DNA of 64,000 bases from Squalus acanthias (GCA_030390025.1 JASTWF010000349.1:186001-250000); one strand, 5' to 3'. Counted from the first letter of the stretch, positions 38,401-48,100 are shown. A program made the numbers and translations. The notes: generated by a model from the letters alone, not told the origin.

Positions 38401-41400
38401 CATTGCTAAGTTTTGTATCATTCACAAACTTTGAAATTGTACTCCGTATACCCATGTCCTTTATATATAGCACGAAAAACAATGGTCCTAATACAGACCC
38501 CTGGGGGAGCCCACTGCATACATCCGTTCACCACCACTCTCTGCCTCCTATCCCATAGCCAATTATGTTATCCAAGCTGCGTTTCCTAGTGACTAGACTT
38601 CATGAGTACTTTTGGGACGTCCTGAGGGCGTGAAAGGCGCTATAGAAATGCTAATTATTTCTGCGCGTACACACACGTTAGATACCGATGTGTTAATCAT
38701 TGGTCTTTGACACTTGCCTGATTTTCCTTCACCTTTTCACGAACTTCTATGCTGTCCATAGTCTCCTCCCGCAGCTTCTCATAGCGGGGGCAGTTCGGTA
38801 TCGGGAACTTGAGAAACTGAAACAATACACATCGCTTTCGGTAGACATTAGGTGAAAAGAGCTTGACACTCAACTAGTGCCACAATAAATCGAAGGAGCG
38901 ACTGGACCCAGCCAGGTATCAATGTCAAACCCTGTCCCAGTGGGTAGTGTACCCCCACAATGTCCCATCGAGTGATACAGGAACAGGAATCCTGTCCCAG
39001 AGGGTAGTGTCCCCCCACACTGACCCATCGAGTGATACGGGAACAGGAACTCTGTCCCAGAGGATAGTGTGTCCCCACACTGACCCATCGAGTGATACAG
39101 GAACAGGAACCCTGTCCCAGAGGATAGTGTCCCCCCACACTGACCCATCGAGTGATACAGGAACAGGAATCCTGTCCCAGAGGATAGTGTGTCCCCACAC
39201 TGACCCATCAAGTGATACAGGAACAGGAACCCTGTCGCAGAGGATAGTGTGTCCCCACACTGACCCATCGAGTGATACAGGAACAGGAACCCTGTCCCAG
39301 AGGATAGTGTCCCCCCACACTGACCCATCGAGTGATACAGGAACAGGAACAGGAACCCTGTCCCAGAGGATAGTGTCCCCCCACACTGACCCATCGAGTG
39401 ATACAGGAACAGGAACAGGAACCCTGTCCCAGAGGATAGTGTGTCCCCCCACACTGACCCATCGAGTGATACAGGAACAGGAACAGGAACCCTGTCCCAG
39501 TGGATAATGTGTCCCCACACTGACCCATCGAGTGATACAGGAACAGGAACCCTGTCCCAGAGGGTAGTGTGTCCCCACACTAACCCATCGAGTGATACAG
39601 GAACAGGAACCCTGTCCCAGAGGATAGTGTGTCCCCACACTGACCCATCGAGTGATACAGGAACAGGAACCCTGTCCCAGAGGATAGTGTGTCCCCACAC
39701 TGACCCATCGAGTGATACAGGAACAGGAACCCTGTCCCAGAGGATAGTGTGTCCCCACACTGACCCATTGAGTGATACAGGAACAGGAACAGGAACCCTG
39801 TCCCAGAGGATAGTGTGTCCCCACACTGACCCATCGAGTGATACAGGAACAGTAACAGGAACCCTGTCCCAGTGGATAGTGTGTCCCCCACACTGACCCA
39901 TCGAGTGATACAGGAACAGGAACCCTGTCCCAGAGGATAGTGTGTCCCCACACTGAGCCATCGAGTGATACAGGAACAGGAACCCTGTCCCAGAGGGTAG
40001 TGTGTCCCCACACTAACCCATCGAGTGATACAGGAACAGGAACCCTGTCCCAGAGGGTAGTGTGTCCCCACACTGACCCATCGAGTGATACAGGAACAGG
40101 AACCCTGTCCCAGAGGGTAGTGTGTCCCCACACTGACCCATCGAGTGATACAGGAACAGGAACCCTGTCCCAGAGGGTAGTGTGTCCCCACACTGACCCA
40201 TCGAGTGATACAGGAACAGGAACAGGAACCCTGTCCCAGAGGATAGTGTGTCCCCACACTGACCCATCGAGTGATACAGGAACAGGAACCCTGTCCCAGA
40301 GGATAGTGTGTCCCCACACTGACCCATCGAGTGATACAGGAACAGGAACCCTGTCCCAGAGGATAGTGTGTCCCCACACTGACCCATCGAGTGATACAGG
40401 AACAGGAACAGGAACCCTGTCCCAGTGGATAGTGTGTCCCCACACTGACCCATCGAGTGATACAGGAACAGGAACAGGAACCCTGTCCCAGAGGATAGTG
40501 TGTCCCCACACTGACCCATCGAGTGATACAGGAACAGGAACAGGAACCCTGTCCCAGAGGATAGTGTGTCCCCCACACTGACCCATCGAGTGATACAGGA
40601 ACAGGAACAGGAACCCTGTCCCAGAGGATAGTGTGTCCCCACACTGACCCATCGAGTGATACAGGAACAGGAACAGGAACCCTGTCCCAGTGGATAGTGT
40701 GTCCCCCACACTGACCCATCGAGTGATACAGGAACAGGAACAGGAACCCTGTCCCAGAGGATAGTGTCCCCCACACTGACCCATCGAGTGATACAGGAAC
40801 AGGAACAGGAACCCTGTCCCAGTGGATAGTGTCCCCCACACTGACCCATCGAGTGATACAGGAACAGGAACCCTGTCCCAGAGGGCACTGCTCTCCCCGC
40901 ATTCTTAGTGTTACTGATACTTGCCTTGTCATCTTTCTCGGGCACTGTATGCACAGGAATTGGTTGCCAGTTAATGCCAGGACGGAAGATCTGACGTCCA
41001 TGTGGAGGGTACAGACCAGCGAGATCTGACTCAGCACTCATCAGAGTTCGGTCAAAATCAGTGCTCCGAACATAAATCTACAGAGGAGAGAAAACAAAAG
41101 GTTGAAGAGACACCAGACTTGTCCTCAAGGCCCAGCAGCTGCGTGGTATGGGAGCAGGAATCCCGCACGGTGGGCATTGTACCCCCACACTGGTATTGCT
41201 GTTTCTTTATCGTCAGTGTGTCGATTTCCAACCCAACACCATCACGGGAACACCATCACTGCAAGACTGCAATGGTTCAAGGAGAAGGCCCACTACCACC
41301 TTCTCAGGGCAGCTGGGGGATGGCCAATAAATGTCAGCTTTGCCAACACTAAACCTCAACCCGCGAAGAAGTGAAAACGATCTTCACTGTTGAAATCAAG

Positions 41401-44400
41401 ACACGTAGCTCCATCTTCTCGGGATCTCAAACCTGTGGGCCTACTCACCTCCCTCAGAAAGCCTTTCCTCCTACAATCTACAAGCTTCTAATACACAAGT
41501 TCAGTGTCACCACGCCCTTACTTCCTGATTGCCTCACTTCGGGGTGAGCATCCTGCTTGTGTGGACAATTAATGAAGACAATCAACAGGCATTTCACTGA
41601 AGCAGTAACAGTCCGTGTCTGCCTGGGTGACAGGACATAGAAAGGACAGATCCATCTATTAGGTTGTCCGCCACCAAGTGCAGGGCATGCACAGATCTGT
41701 AGTCCCTCTGTACTTGCTCTCCTCCTGAAACAATTGAGGAGAAATAGTTTACAGCACAGAAGGAGGCCATTCCGCCCGTCGTGCCCGTGCTGGCTCTTTG
41801 AAAGAGCTATCCAGTTAGTTCCACTTCCCTGCTCTTTCCCCATAGCCCTGCAAATTTGTTCCTTTTCCAGTATTTATCCAATTCCCTTTTGAAAGTTACT
41901 ATTGAATCTGCTTCCACCGCCCTTTCAGGCAGCGCATTCCAGATCACAACAACTCGCTGAGTAAAAACATTTCTCCTCATCTCCCCTCTGGTTCTTTTGC
42001 CAATCACCTTAAGTCTGTGCCCTCTGGTTACCGACCCTCCTGCCACTGGAAACAGTTTCTCCTGTTTACTCTATCATTTTGAACACCTCTATTAAATCTT
42101 CCCTTAACCTTCTCTGCTCTAAGGAGAACAACTCCAGCGGGTTAGGTTGATTTGGCTATGATAAATTGACCCTTAGTGTTAGGGGGGGATTAAATATGTG
42201 GGGTTATGGGGATAGGATGGGATATGTTAGGGGGAATTAAATACATGGGGTTACGGGGGTAGGGTGGGATATATGTACTGTGGGGATTAAAGCAGGGACA
42301 GGGTACTGGATTTGGATGATCAGCCATGATCGTATTGAATGGTGGAGCAGGCTCGATGGGCCGAATGGCCTACTCCTGCTCCTAGATTCTATGTTTCTAT
42401 GTTTTCTCCACATACCTGGTACTATTATAGTAAATCTCTTCTGCACCCTCTCCAAGGCCTTGACATCCTTCCTGAAGTGATAATATTTCAGCTGAGGCCT
42501 CACCAGTGTTTTATAAAGGTTTAGCATAAGTTCCTGGATTTAGTATGAAGTATCATCAGGTATCTCATGCAAGGTGGCTGTTATTCACATATTCACCCAC
42601 TCGGTGAACATCAGTAGGCTCCTTGACCATGTTTGGGGGGCAAGAGGTGGCAGGAAGGGCACTGCAGCTGAAACCAATCATGTCCCTCTCACACAAACAA
42701 TAATGTAGCGCCTTTAATGTTGAAAAACATTCCAAAGTGCTTTGCAGAGTCATAATCAAAACAATGGACACCGAGCCGAAGGAGGAGATATTGGGAGGGG
42801 TGACCAAAGGCTTTTTCAAGGAGGTGGGATTTAAGGAGGATATTAAACGAGGATAGGGAGGTGGAAAGGCGGAGGGATTCCCAAATAGGGGGCAGAGTCG
42901 GCTGAATGGAGGGCCGGCAATGGTGGCGCGTGGGGGCGCAAAAGAGGACACTCTGAGGATCGGAGAGTTTATGCGGGGAGGGTTAAAGAGCCGGTGGATT
43001 TTACAGAGAAGGGAGGGACCAAACTATGGAGGGATTTAAACACAATGATGATATAACTAGCCTTGGGAATTACTTATCAGGACAGGCTCAGCGAATGGGG
43101 ACTTTTACATTACATAGAAAACATAGAAACATAGAACAGTACAGCACAGTACAGGCCCTTCGGCCCTCGATGTTGTGCCGAGCATTGTCCGAGACCAAGA
43201 TCAAGCTATCACACTCCCTATCACTCTGGTGTGCTCCATGTGCTTATCCAATAACCGCTTGAAAGTTCCTAAAGTGTCCGACTCCACTATCACAGCAGGC
43301 AGTCCATTCCACACCCCAACCACTCTCTGAGTAAAGAATCTACCTCGGACATCCCTTCTATATCTCCCCCCATGCACCTTATAGTTATGCCCCCTTGTAA
43401 CAGCTGCCTCTACCCGAGGAAATAGTCTCTGAACATCCACTCTATCTATCCCCCTCATCATCTTATAAACCTCTATTAAGTCGCCTCTCATCCTCCTCCG
43501 CTCTAAAGAGAAAAGCCCCAACTCCCTCAATCTTTCCTCATAAGACCTCCCCCCCCAAACCAGGCAGCATCCTGGTAAATCTCCTTTGCACTCTTTCCAA
43601 TGCTTCCACGTCCTTCCTATAGTGAGGTGACCAGAACTGCACACAATATTCCAAATGTGGTCTCACCAAGGTCCTGTACAGTTGCAGCATAACCTCACGG
43701 TTCTTAAACTCAAAACCTCTGTTAATAAACGCCAACACACCATAGGCCTTCTTTACTGCTCTATCCACTTGAGTGGCAACCTTCAGAGATCTGTGGATAT
43801 GAACCCCCAGATCCCTCTGCTCCTCCACGTTCCTCAGAACCCTGCCGTTGACCCTGTAATCCTTATTCAAATTTGCCCTACCAAAATGAATCACCTCGCA
43901 CTTATCAGGGTTAAATTCCATCTGCCATTTTTCGGCCCAGCTCTGCATCCTATCAATGTCTCTTTGCAGCCTACAACAGCCCTCCACCTCATCCACTGCT
44001 CCACCAATCTTGGTGTCATCAGCAAATTTACTGATCCACCCTTCAGTCCCCTCCTCCAAGTCATTGATAAAAATCACAAACAGCAGAGGACCCAGCACCG
44101 CTGGTAACTGGTCTCCAGTCCGAAAATGTTCCATCCACCACCACCCTCTGCCTTCTATGAGATATGATGCGGAGATGCCGGTGTTGGACTGGGGTGGACA
44201 AAATTGAGAGGTCGCACAACACCAGGTTATAGTCCAACAGTTTTATTTGAAATCACAAGCTTTCGGAGCTATCGATTGCTCCTTCCTCAGGTGAAGTAAA
44301 TTAGATACAGAATCGCCAAAGCATATATAGATAGAAAACAAAGCATGTGTACTTTACAATTGCAGACCAATAAATTAAATCATCCTGACTATCTGCCGAG

Positions 44401-47400
44401 GTGTGATAAAGTTAATTAAGTCAGCCAGGAAGGTACCACATCAAAGACATAGCAAGATACAACTGAGACAATGAGGTGTAGTCGCAGGGGTTCTAACGTG
44501 TCAAAAGCTGCCGTCTGTATGTAAAACGAAAAGCTTTAAAAAAAAATTACTTTTTTACTGGGAAAATTTTTACTTTTTTACTGGGAATCACATCTGTGAA
44601 CAAGCCAACGACGACTCGAGACTCGGCCAACGTTGTCTACCTCATACGTTGCAGGAAAGAATGCACCGCGCCATGGTACATCGGCGAGACCATGCAGACA
44701 CTGAGACAACGTATGAACGAGCACCGCGCAACAATTGCCAGGCAGGATTGTTACCTCCCAGTCGGGGAACACTTCAGCAGTCAAGGACATTCAGCCTCGG
44801 ATCTGCGGGTAAGCGTTCTCCAAGGCAACCTTAGAAACACACGACAACGCAAAATCATCGAGCAGAAACTGATAGCCAAGTTCCGCACTGATGAAGACGG
44901 TCTCAATCGGGATCTTGGGTTTATGTCACGATACATGACGTGATCCGGACTCGAGTCGTCGTTAGCTTGTTCACAGATGTGATTCCCAGTAAAAAAGTAA
45001 AAATTTTCCCAGTAAAAAAGTAATTTTTTTTTAAAGCTTTTCGTTTTACATACAGACGGCAGCTTTTGACACGTTAGAACCCCTGCGACTACACCTCATT
45101 GTCTCAGTTGTATCTTGCTATGTCTTTGATGTGGTACCTTCCTGGCTGACTTAATTAACTTTATCACACCTCGGCAGATAGTCAGGATGATTTAATTTAT
45201 TGGTCTGCAATTCTAAAGTACACATGCTTTGTTTTCTATCTATATATGCTTTGGCGATTCTGTATCTAATTTACTTCACCTGAGGAAGGAGCAATCGATA
45301 GCTCCGAAAGCTTGTGATTTCAAATAAAACTGTTGGACTATAACCTGGTGTTGTGCGACCTCTCAATTCTATGAGATAGCCAGTTACTTATCCAATCGGC
45401 CAAATTTCCCTCTATCCCACAACTCCTTACTTTCTTCATGAGCCGACCATGGGGAACCTTATCAAACGCCTTACTAAAATCCATGTATACGACATCAACT
45501 GCTCTACCTTCATCTACACACTTAGTTACCTCCTCAAAGAATTCAATCAAATTTGTTAGGCAAGACTTACCCTTCACGAATCCGTGTTGACTATCCCTGA
45601 TTAAGTTGCCCCTTTCCAAATGGTCATAAATCCTATCCCTCAGGACCTTTTCCATTATCTTACCAACCACCGAAGTAAGACTAACCGGCCTATAATTACC
45701 AGGGTCATTCCTATTTCCTTTCTTGAAGAGAGGAACAACATTCGCCACTCTCCAGTCCTCTGGCACCATTCCCGTGGACAGTGAGGACCCAAAGATCAAA
45801 GCCAGGGGCTCTGCAATCTCCTCCCTTGCCTCCCAAAGAATCCTAGGATATATCCCATCTGGCCCAGGGGACTTATCGACCCTCAGGTTCTTCAAAATTG
45901 CTAAAACATCTTCCCTCAGAACATCTACCACCTCCAGCCTATCCACCTTTATCACACTCTCATCCTCAAGAACATGGCCCCTCTCCTCGGTGAACACTGA
46001 CGAAAAGTATTCATTCATCACCTCTCCTATTTCTTCTGACTCCATGCACAAGTTCCCACTCCTGTCCTTGACCGGCCCTACCCTCACCCTGGTCATTCTT
46101 TTATTTCTCACATAAGAGTAAAAGGCCTTGGGGTTTTTCTTGATCCGACCCGCCAAGGACTTCTCATGCCCCCTCCTAGCTCTCCTAAGCTCTTTTTTTA
46201 GCTCATTCCTTGCTACCTTGTACCCTCAATCGACCCAACTGAACCTTGTTTTCTCATCCTTACATACGCTTCCTTTTTCCTCTTGACTAGACATTCAACC
46301 TCTTTTGTGAACCATGGTTCTCTCACTCGCCATTTCCTCCCTGCCTGACAGGGACATACCTATCAAGGACACGCAGTAATTGCTCCATGAAAAAGCTCCA
46401 CTTTTCGTTTGTGCCTTTCCCTGATAGTTTCTGTTCCCATCTTATACTCCCTAATTCTTGCCTAATTGCATCATAATTACCCCTCCCCCAATTATAAACC
46501 CTGCCCTGCCGTATGGCCCTATCCCTCTCCATTGCAATAGTGAAAGCANNNNNNNNNNNNNNNNNNNNNNNNNNNNNNNNNNNNNNNNNNNNNNNNNNNN
46601 NNNNNNNNNNNNNNNNNNNNNNNNNNNNNNNNNNNNNNNNNNNNNNNNNNNNNNNNNNNNNNNNNNNNNNNNNNNNNNNNNNNNNNNNNNNNNNNNNNNN
46701 NNNNNNNNNNNNNNNNNNNNNNNNNNNNNNNNNNNNNNNNNNNNNNNNTCTCTCTCCTCCCCGCACCCCCGGCTCCAGTCCCTCTCCCTCCCGGGCACCA
46801 CGTAACGCCTTCCAGGCCCTGCAAACTGCTCTGACCCTCCCCCCTTCCCGCAGCCCCGCCCCCTTCCCGTAGCTCCGCCCCCTTCCTGCAGCCCCCCCTA
46901 CCCGCAGCCCGCCCCCCCCTACCTGCAGCCCCGACCCCCCACCCGCAGCCCCGCCCCCCCCTCCCCGCAGTCCCTACCCGCAGCCCCTCACCTCTTGACG
47001 GTCGTACGAGGAGTTGAGGAAGTTTTTGTAACGACGTCGCAGATACTGGCCCAGCTCGTAGTGCTGCCTCATCCCAATCTATGGAAGAGCAGCAGAAATC
47101 CTGGTCATTACTGGAGGTGACAGGTCAGCACCAGAGTTCAACCCACAAGCACCACAACAACTGCCAGTTCAAAAACCAGTTCCAGCCCAACACACTGGAG
47201 GGATGATCCCTCAACAGCTCAGTGAGTAAGTGCACCACCCCGAGTGGGTATAGACAGTAAGTCCCAGGTCCCATCCCCTGGGTATGGGTTAGCGCTTTCC
47301 AGACAATGTGGCAATTGGGAGGCCAGAATTGGCCTCAGCGCCTGTAGACTAGGGAAGTGAAACCAGCCCGGGTTCCAGCTGATGATTGCTGTCCAGTCAC

Positions 47401-48100
47401 CCCTGCTCGGACATCAGACTGGGGATAGCATTGTGCTGGGCTTCGATGCATCACATGGTGGTTCAACTCACTCAGTCTCACACATCTGGAATTGGCACTT
47501 GGATGAGGTACAGGAGGTGGGTAGCGCCTTTGCAACCGCACCCCCTACAAGGGTCAGCGCCTTCAGGGAGGAAAGAAAATCGAGAGGGGTGAGAGCTGTT
47601 GGGAGTTCAGAGCTCAGAGTGCAGCAGTACCCACCCGTCCTGACCTCAAGCACCAACTTGAAGGCACTTCACAGGAGAACCTGCAGACAGCTAGCAACCT
47701 ATGGCTGCGGAGGTGATGTCACAGCTCAGTTAACAAGACAGAGACTGAACAACAGGAATAAAGGGACACGCCCTGTCACAGCTTATACAGCACCAGTCAG
47801 ACTCCCAGCTGAGACACTCATCACCGACGCACCTCACCATGATAAGCAGAATCCCGATTGCTCAGTCTCAGCCTGGGCTGTGCTCACTGACCACTCACAC
47901 ACAGCTCTGGGAGCACCTCTCCCATCAGAATGTATGTGAAGGAGAGACTGAGGGGACGCAGGGGCGATGAGAGAGAGAGAGCAATATAGAGAGAGATCAC
48001 AGACCTGGGTGAGCTGCCCGAGCCCTTGGGGCCAGTCCTTCTCCGTATACGGATTTGTTGGGTATGTATAGGCAGCAGATCGGTCTCCGTGGCGATAAAC
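1360..48100 (-). CDS. acp2: Histidine acid phosphatase, lysosomal/prostatic family (ACP2-like); partial spliced gene, 9 internal coding exons
   Basis: Manually assembled exons of 96, 87, 153, 99, 87, 133, 92, 107 and 176 nt join in frame. The product has the RHGDR catalytic motif, [30 protein letters not shown] (proton donor) and six family cysteines. Exon boundaries fall where I recall them in human ACP2. Family assignment is firm; ACP2 versus an ACP3/ACP4-like paralog is not. Confidence 0.88.
1757..2110 (+). mobile_element. L2-like LINE 3' fragment
   Basis: Translates as [20 protein letters not shown]...GGRAFS (L2 ORF2 C-terminus). The same family is on the minus strand at about 23260-23570. 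Confidence 0.7.
2350..3465 (-). mobile_element. DeuSINE-like (SacSINE1/AmnSINE-type) copy hosting a 33-bp minisatellite expansion
   Basis: The SINE 3' tail (2350-2420) and body (2430-2500) match other copies in the window (56640-57840, 34815-36245). The array is continuous with SINE sequence on both sides. Confidence 0.65.
2500..3420. repeat. 33-bp minisatellite (CCCTCCGACAGTGCAGCACTCCCTCAGTACTGC), about 28 copies
   Basis: Direct tandem periodicity; produces the spurious [13 protein letters not shown]s. Confidence 0.97.
4128..4589. repeat. G-rich ~37-43-bp minisatellite (GGGTCAGGGCGCTGGCTACAGACACCGTCAC), resuming at 7761-7825 after a CR1 insertion
   Basis: One unit is split: ...TACAGAC before the CR1 and ACCGTCACCGGG after it. 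Confidence 0.9.
4590..7760 (+). mobile_element. CR1 LINE, 5'-truncated: end of ORF1 (esterase-like), frameshifted APE endonuclease, RT ORF 5785-7677, 3' tail (ACTCTATG)n
   Basis: DGLHLN ORF1 motif; YFNARS, GDFN endonuclease motifs; [23 protein letters not shown] motifs. Confidence 0.95.
8028..8134 (-). CDS. acp2: Acid phosphatase exon 9 ([36 protein letters not shown])
   Basis: CAG acceptor, GTAAGT donor, 107 nt, phase 0-2; HD catalytic dipeptide, PPYASCH motif; not in the ORF track. Confidence 0.95.
8188..8770. repeat. Second array of the 33-bp minisatellite
   Basis: Same unit as 2500-3420, about 17 copies. Confidence 0.95.
9150..21900. repeat. Giant 24-bp minisatellite/satellite (GTATTTAATACCGTCGATCGTGGT)n, roughly 520-530 units
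   Basis: Continuous tandem array filling most of intron 8; degenerates over about 21570-21900. Confidence 0.99.
21942..22033 (-). CDS. acp2: Acid phosphatase exon 8 ([31 protein letters not shown])
   Basis: TTTTTGCAG acceptor, GTGAGT donor, 92 nt, phase 1-0; GVLL...KMIMYSA; not in the ORF track. Confidence 0.93.
22172..22700. repeat. 50-bp minisatellite (CCAGAGACGGGTCAGTGTGRGGACAGTTACTGTGAAACCAGACCCTCCTC), about 10 copies
   Basis: Direct 50-bp periodicity. Confidence 0.97.
23260..25030 (-). mobile_element. Degenerate L2-clade LINE (RT remnant)
   Basis: ORF 23502-24017: [45 protein letters not shown]. Confidence 0.85.
25714..25846 (-). CDS. acp2: Acid phosphatase exon 7 ([12 protein letters not shown]...EKSRLQG)
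   Basis: CAG acceptor, GTGAGT donor, 133 nt, phase 0-1, LPxW and EKxRLQG motifs. Confidence 0.94.
26095..27267. repeat. (GA)n/(GACA)n microsatellite followed by a GGA/GGGA purine low-complexity tract, resuming at 31545-31745
   Basis: Direct reading. Confidence 0.97.
27268..31544 (+). mobile_element. Probable solo LTR (~1.06 kb net) interrupted by a CR1
   Basis: TG...CA ends with TGAAGG/CCTTCA terminal inverted repeat; GGAA on both flanks; TATAAAAA at 27703, AATAAA at 27974; no ORF. Confidence 0.6.
28116..31327 (-). mobile_element. CR1 LINE, near-complete ORF2 (APE frameshifted; 732-aa RT ORF 28308-30506), 5'-truncated at the end of ORF1
   Basis: [33 protein letters not shown] motifs; GTTACA duplicated at 28110-28115 and 31328-31333. 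Confidence 0.95.
32166..32252 (-). CDS. acp2: Acid phosphatase exon 6 ([29 protein letters not shown])
   Basis: TAG acceptor, GTGAGT donor, 87 nt, WxVYDTLxCE motif. Confidence 0.93.
32328..33737. repeat. ~36-48-bp minisatellite with variable poly-C (CAGAGGGAGGGTCCCTGAGAGGGTCACAGTTACCCCn)
   Basis: More than 30 tandem units. Confidence 0.97.
34815..36245 (-). mobile_element. DeuSINE-like copy split by a CR1 insertion
   Basis: 3' part at 34815-34927 and Deu-like domain at 36112-36245 rejoin when the CR1 is removed. Confidence 0.65.
34929..36110 (+). mobile_element. CR1 LINE 3' fragment (RT C-terminal half and tail)
   Basis: ORF 35083-36021 with PQGSVLGP and KFADD; same subfamily as 61453-62712. 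Confidence 0.93.
36742..36849 (+). mobile_element. 108-bp Penelope-like element 3' end with 12-bp TSD
   Basis: Near-identical to about 45262-45368; TAATAAATGAAA duplicated at 36730-36741 and 36850-36861 inside a CR1. Confidence 0.85.
36757..36798 (+). ncRNA. Minimal type I hammerhead ribozyme-like motif
   Basis: TCAC-CTGAGGA-A-GGGGC(8-nt loop)GCTCC-GAAA-GCTT-GTGA. Confidence 0.65.
38718..38816 (-). CDS. acp2: Acid phosphatase exon 5 ([33 protein letters not shown])
   Basis: CAG acceptor, 99 nt, CPRY motif, ends at CAG|GCAAGT (GC donor). Confidence 0.88.
38929..40884. repeat. 58-66-bp minisatellite (CCCTGTCCCAGAGGATAGTGTGTCCCCACACTGACCCATCGAGTGATACAGGAACAGGAA), about 31 copies
   Basis: Tandem units with a variable number of ACAGGA hexamers; occupies most of intron 4. 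Confidence 0.98.
40925..41077 (-). CDS. acp2: Acid phosphatase exon 4 ([25 protein letters not shown]...[15 protein letters not shown])
   Basis: TAG acceptor, 153 nt, ends at AAG|GCAAGT (GC donor). Confidence 0.93.
41748..42137 (-). mobile_element. CR1 3' fragment
   Basis: TRGH...[14 protein letters not shown] motif plus 3' UTR. Confidence 0.8.
44253..44294 (-). ncRNA. Mirror copy of the hammerhead-like motif in the left pLTR arm
   Basis: Exact reverse complement of 45276-45317. Confidence 0.7.
45276..45317 (+). ncRNA. Minimal type I hammerhead ribozyme-like motif in the right pLTR arm
   Basis: TCAC-CTGAGGA-A-GGAGC(AATCGATA)GCTCC-GAAA-GCTT-GTGA, followed by AATAAA at 45323. Confidence 0.7.
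46549..46748. other. Assembly gap (200 N)
   Basis: Run of N within intron 3. Confidence 1.
46992..47078 (-). CDS. acp2: Acid phosphatase exon 3 ([29 protein letters not shown])
   Basis: TAG acceptor, GTGAGG donor, 87 nt; matches the family GxxQHxELGxxLRxRY segment; not in the ORF track. Confidence 0.95.
48005..48100 (-). CDS. acp2: Acid phosphatase exon 2 ([32 protein letters not shown])
   Basis: AG acceptor, GT donor, 96 nt, phase 0-0; contains the catalytic RHG motif. Confidence 0.95.

Larger units (their letters stand above)
36598..38580. mobile_element. Degenerate CR1 fragments (plus strand 36598-37950; minus strand 37953-38580)
   Basis: Broken RT motifs [34 protein letters not shown]. 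Confidence 0.85.
44165..45366 (+). mobile_element. Penelope-like retroelement insertion: GIY-YIG C-terminal fragment between inverted pseudo-LTR arms
   Basis: NVVYLIRC...WYIGET...RQRMNEH (44621-44943); inverted arms 44202-44620 and 44950-45368; TSD TTCTATGAGATA at 44153-44164 and 45367-45378. Confidence 0.92.
43112..46548 (-). mobile_element. CR1 LINE interrupted by a Penelope-like insertion; its 5' part runs into the assembly gap
   Basis: RT ORF pieces 45338-46156, 43538-44134 and 43201-43644; tail repeats at about 43112-43135. Confidence 0.93.

Noticed and set aside
38848..40884. Long Cys/Gly/Thr-rich ORFs (up to 638 aa) apparently fused to phosphatase sequence
   Set aside because: Read-through from exon 4 past its GC donor into the 60-bp minisatellite
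44596..44943. Stand-alone GIY-YIG nuclease gene or DNA transposon with long TIRs
   Set aside because: The ORF start lies in the inverted arm and there is no RT. The arms are pLTR copies with hammerhead motifs, so this is a truncated Penelope-like retroelement.
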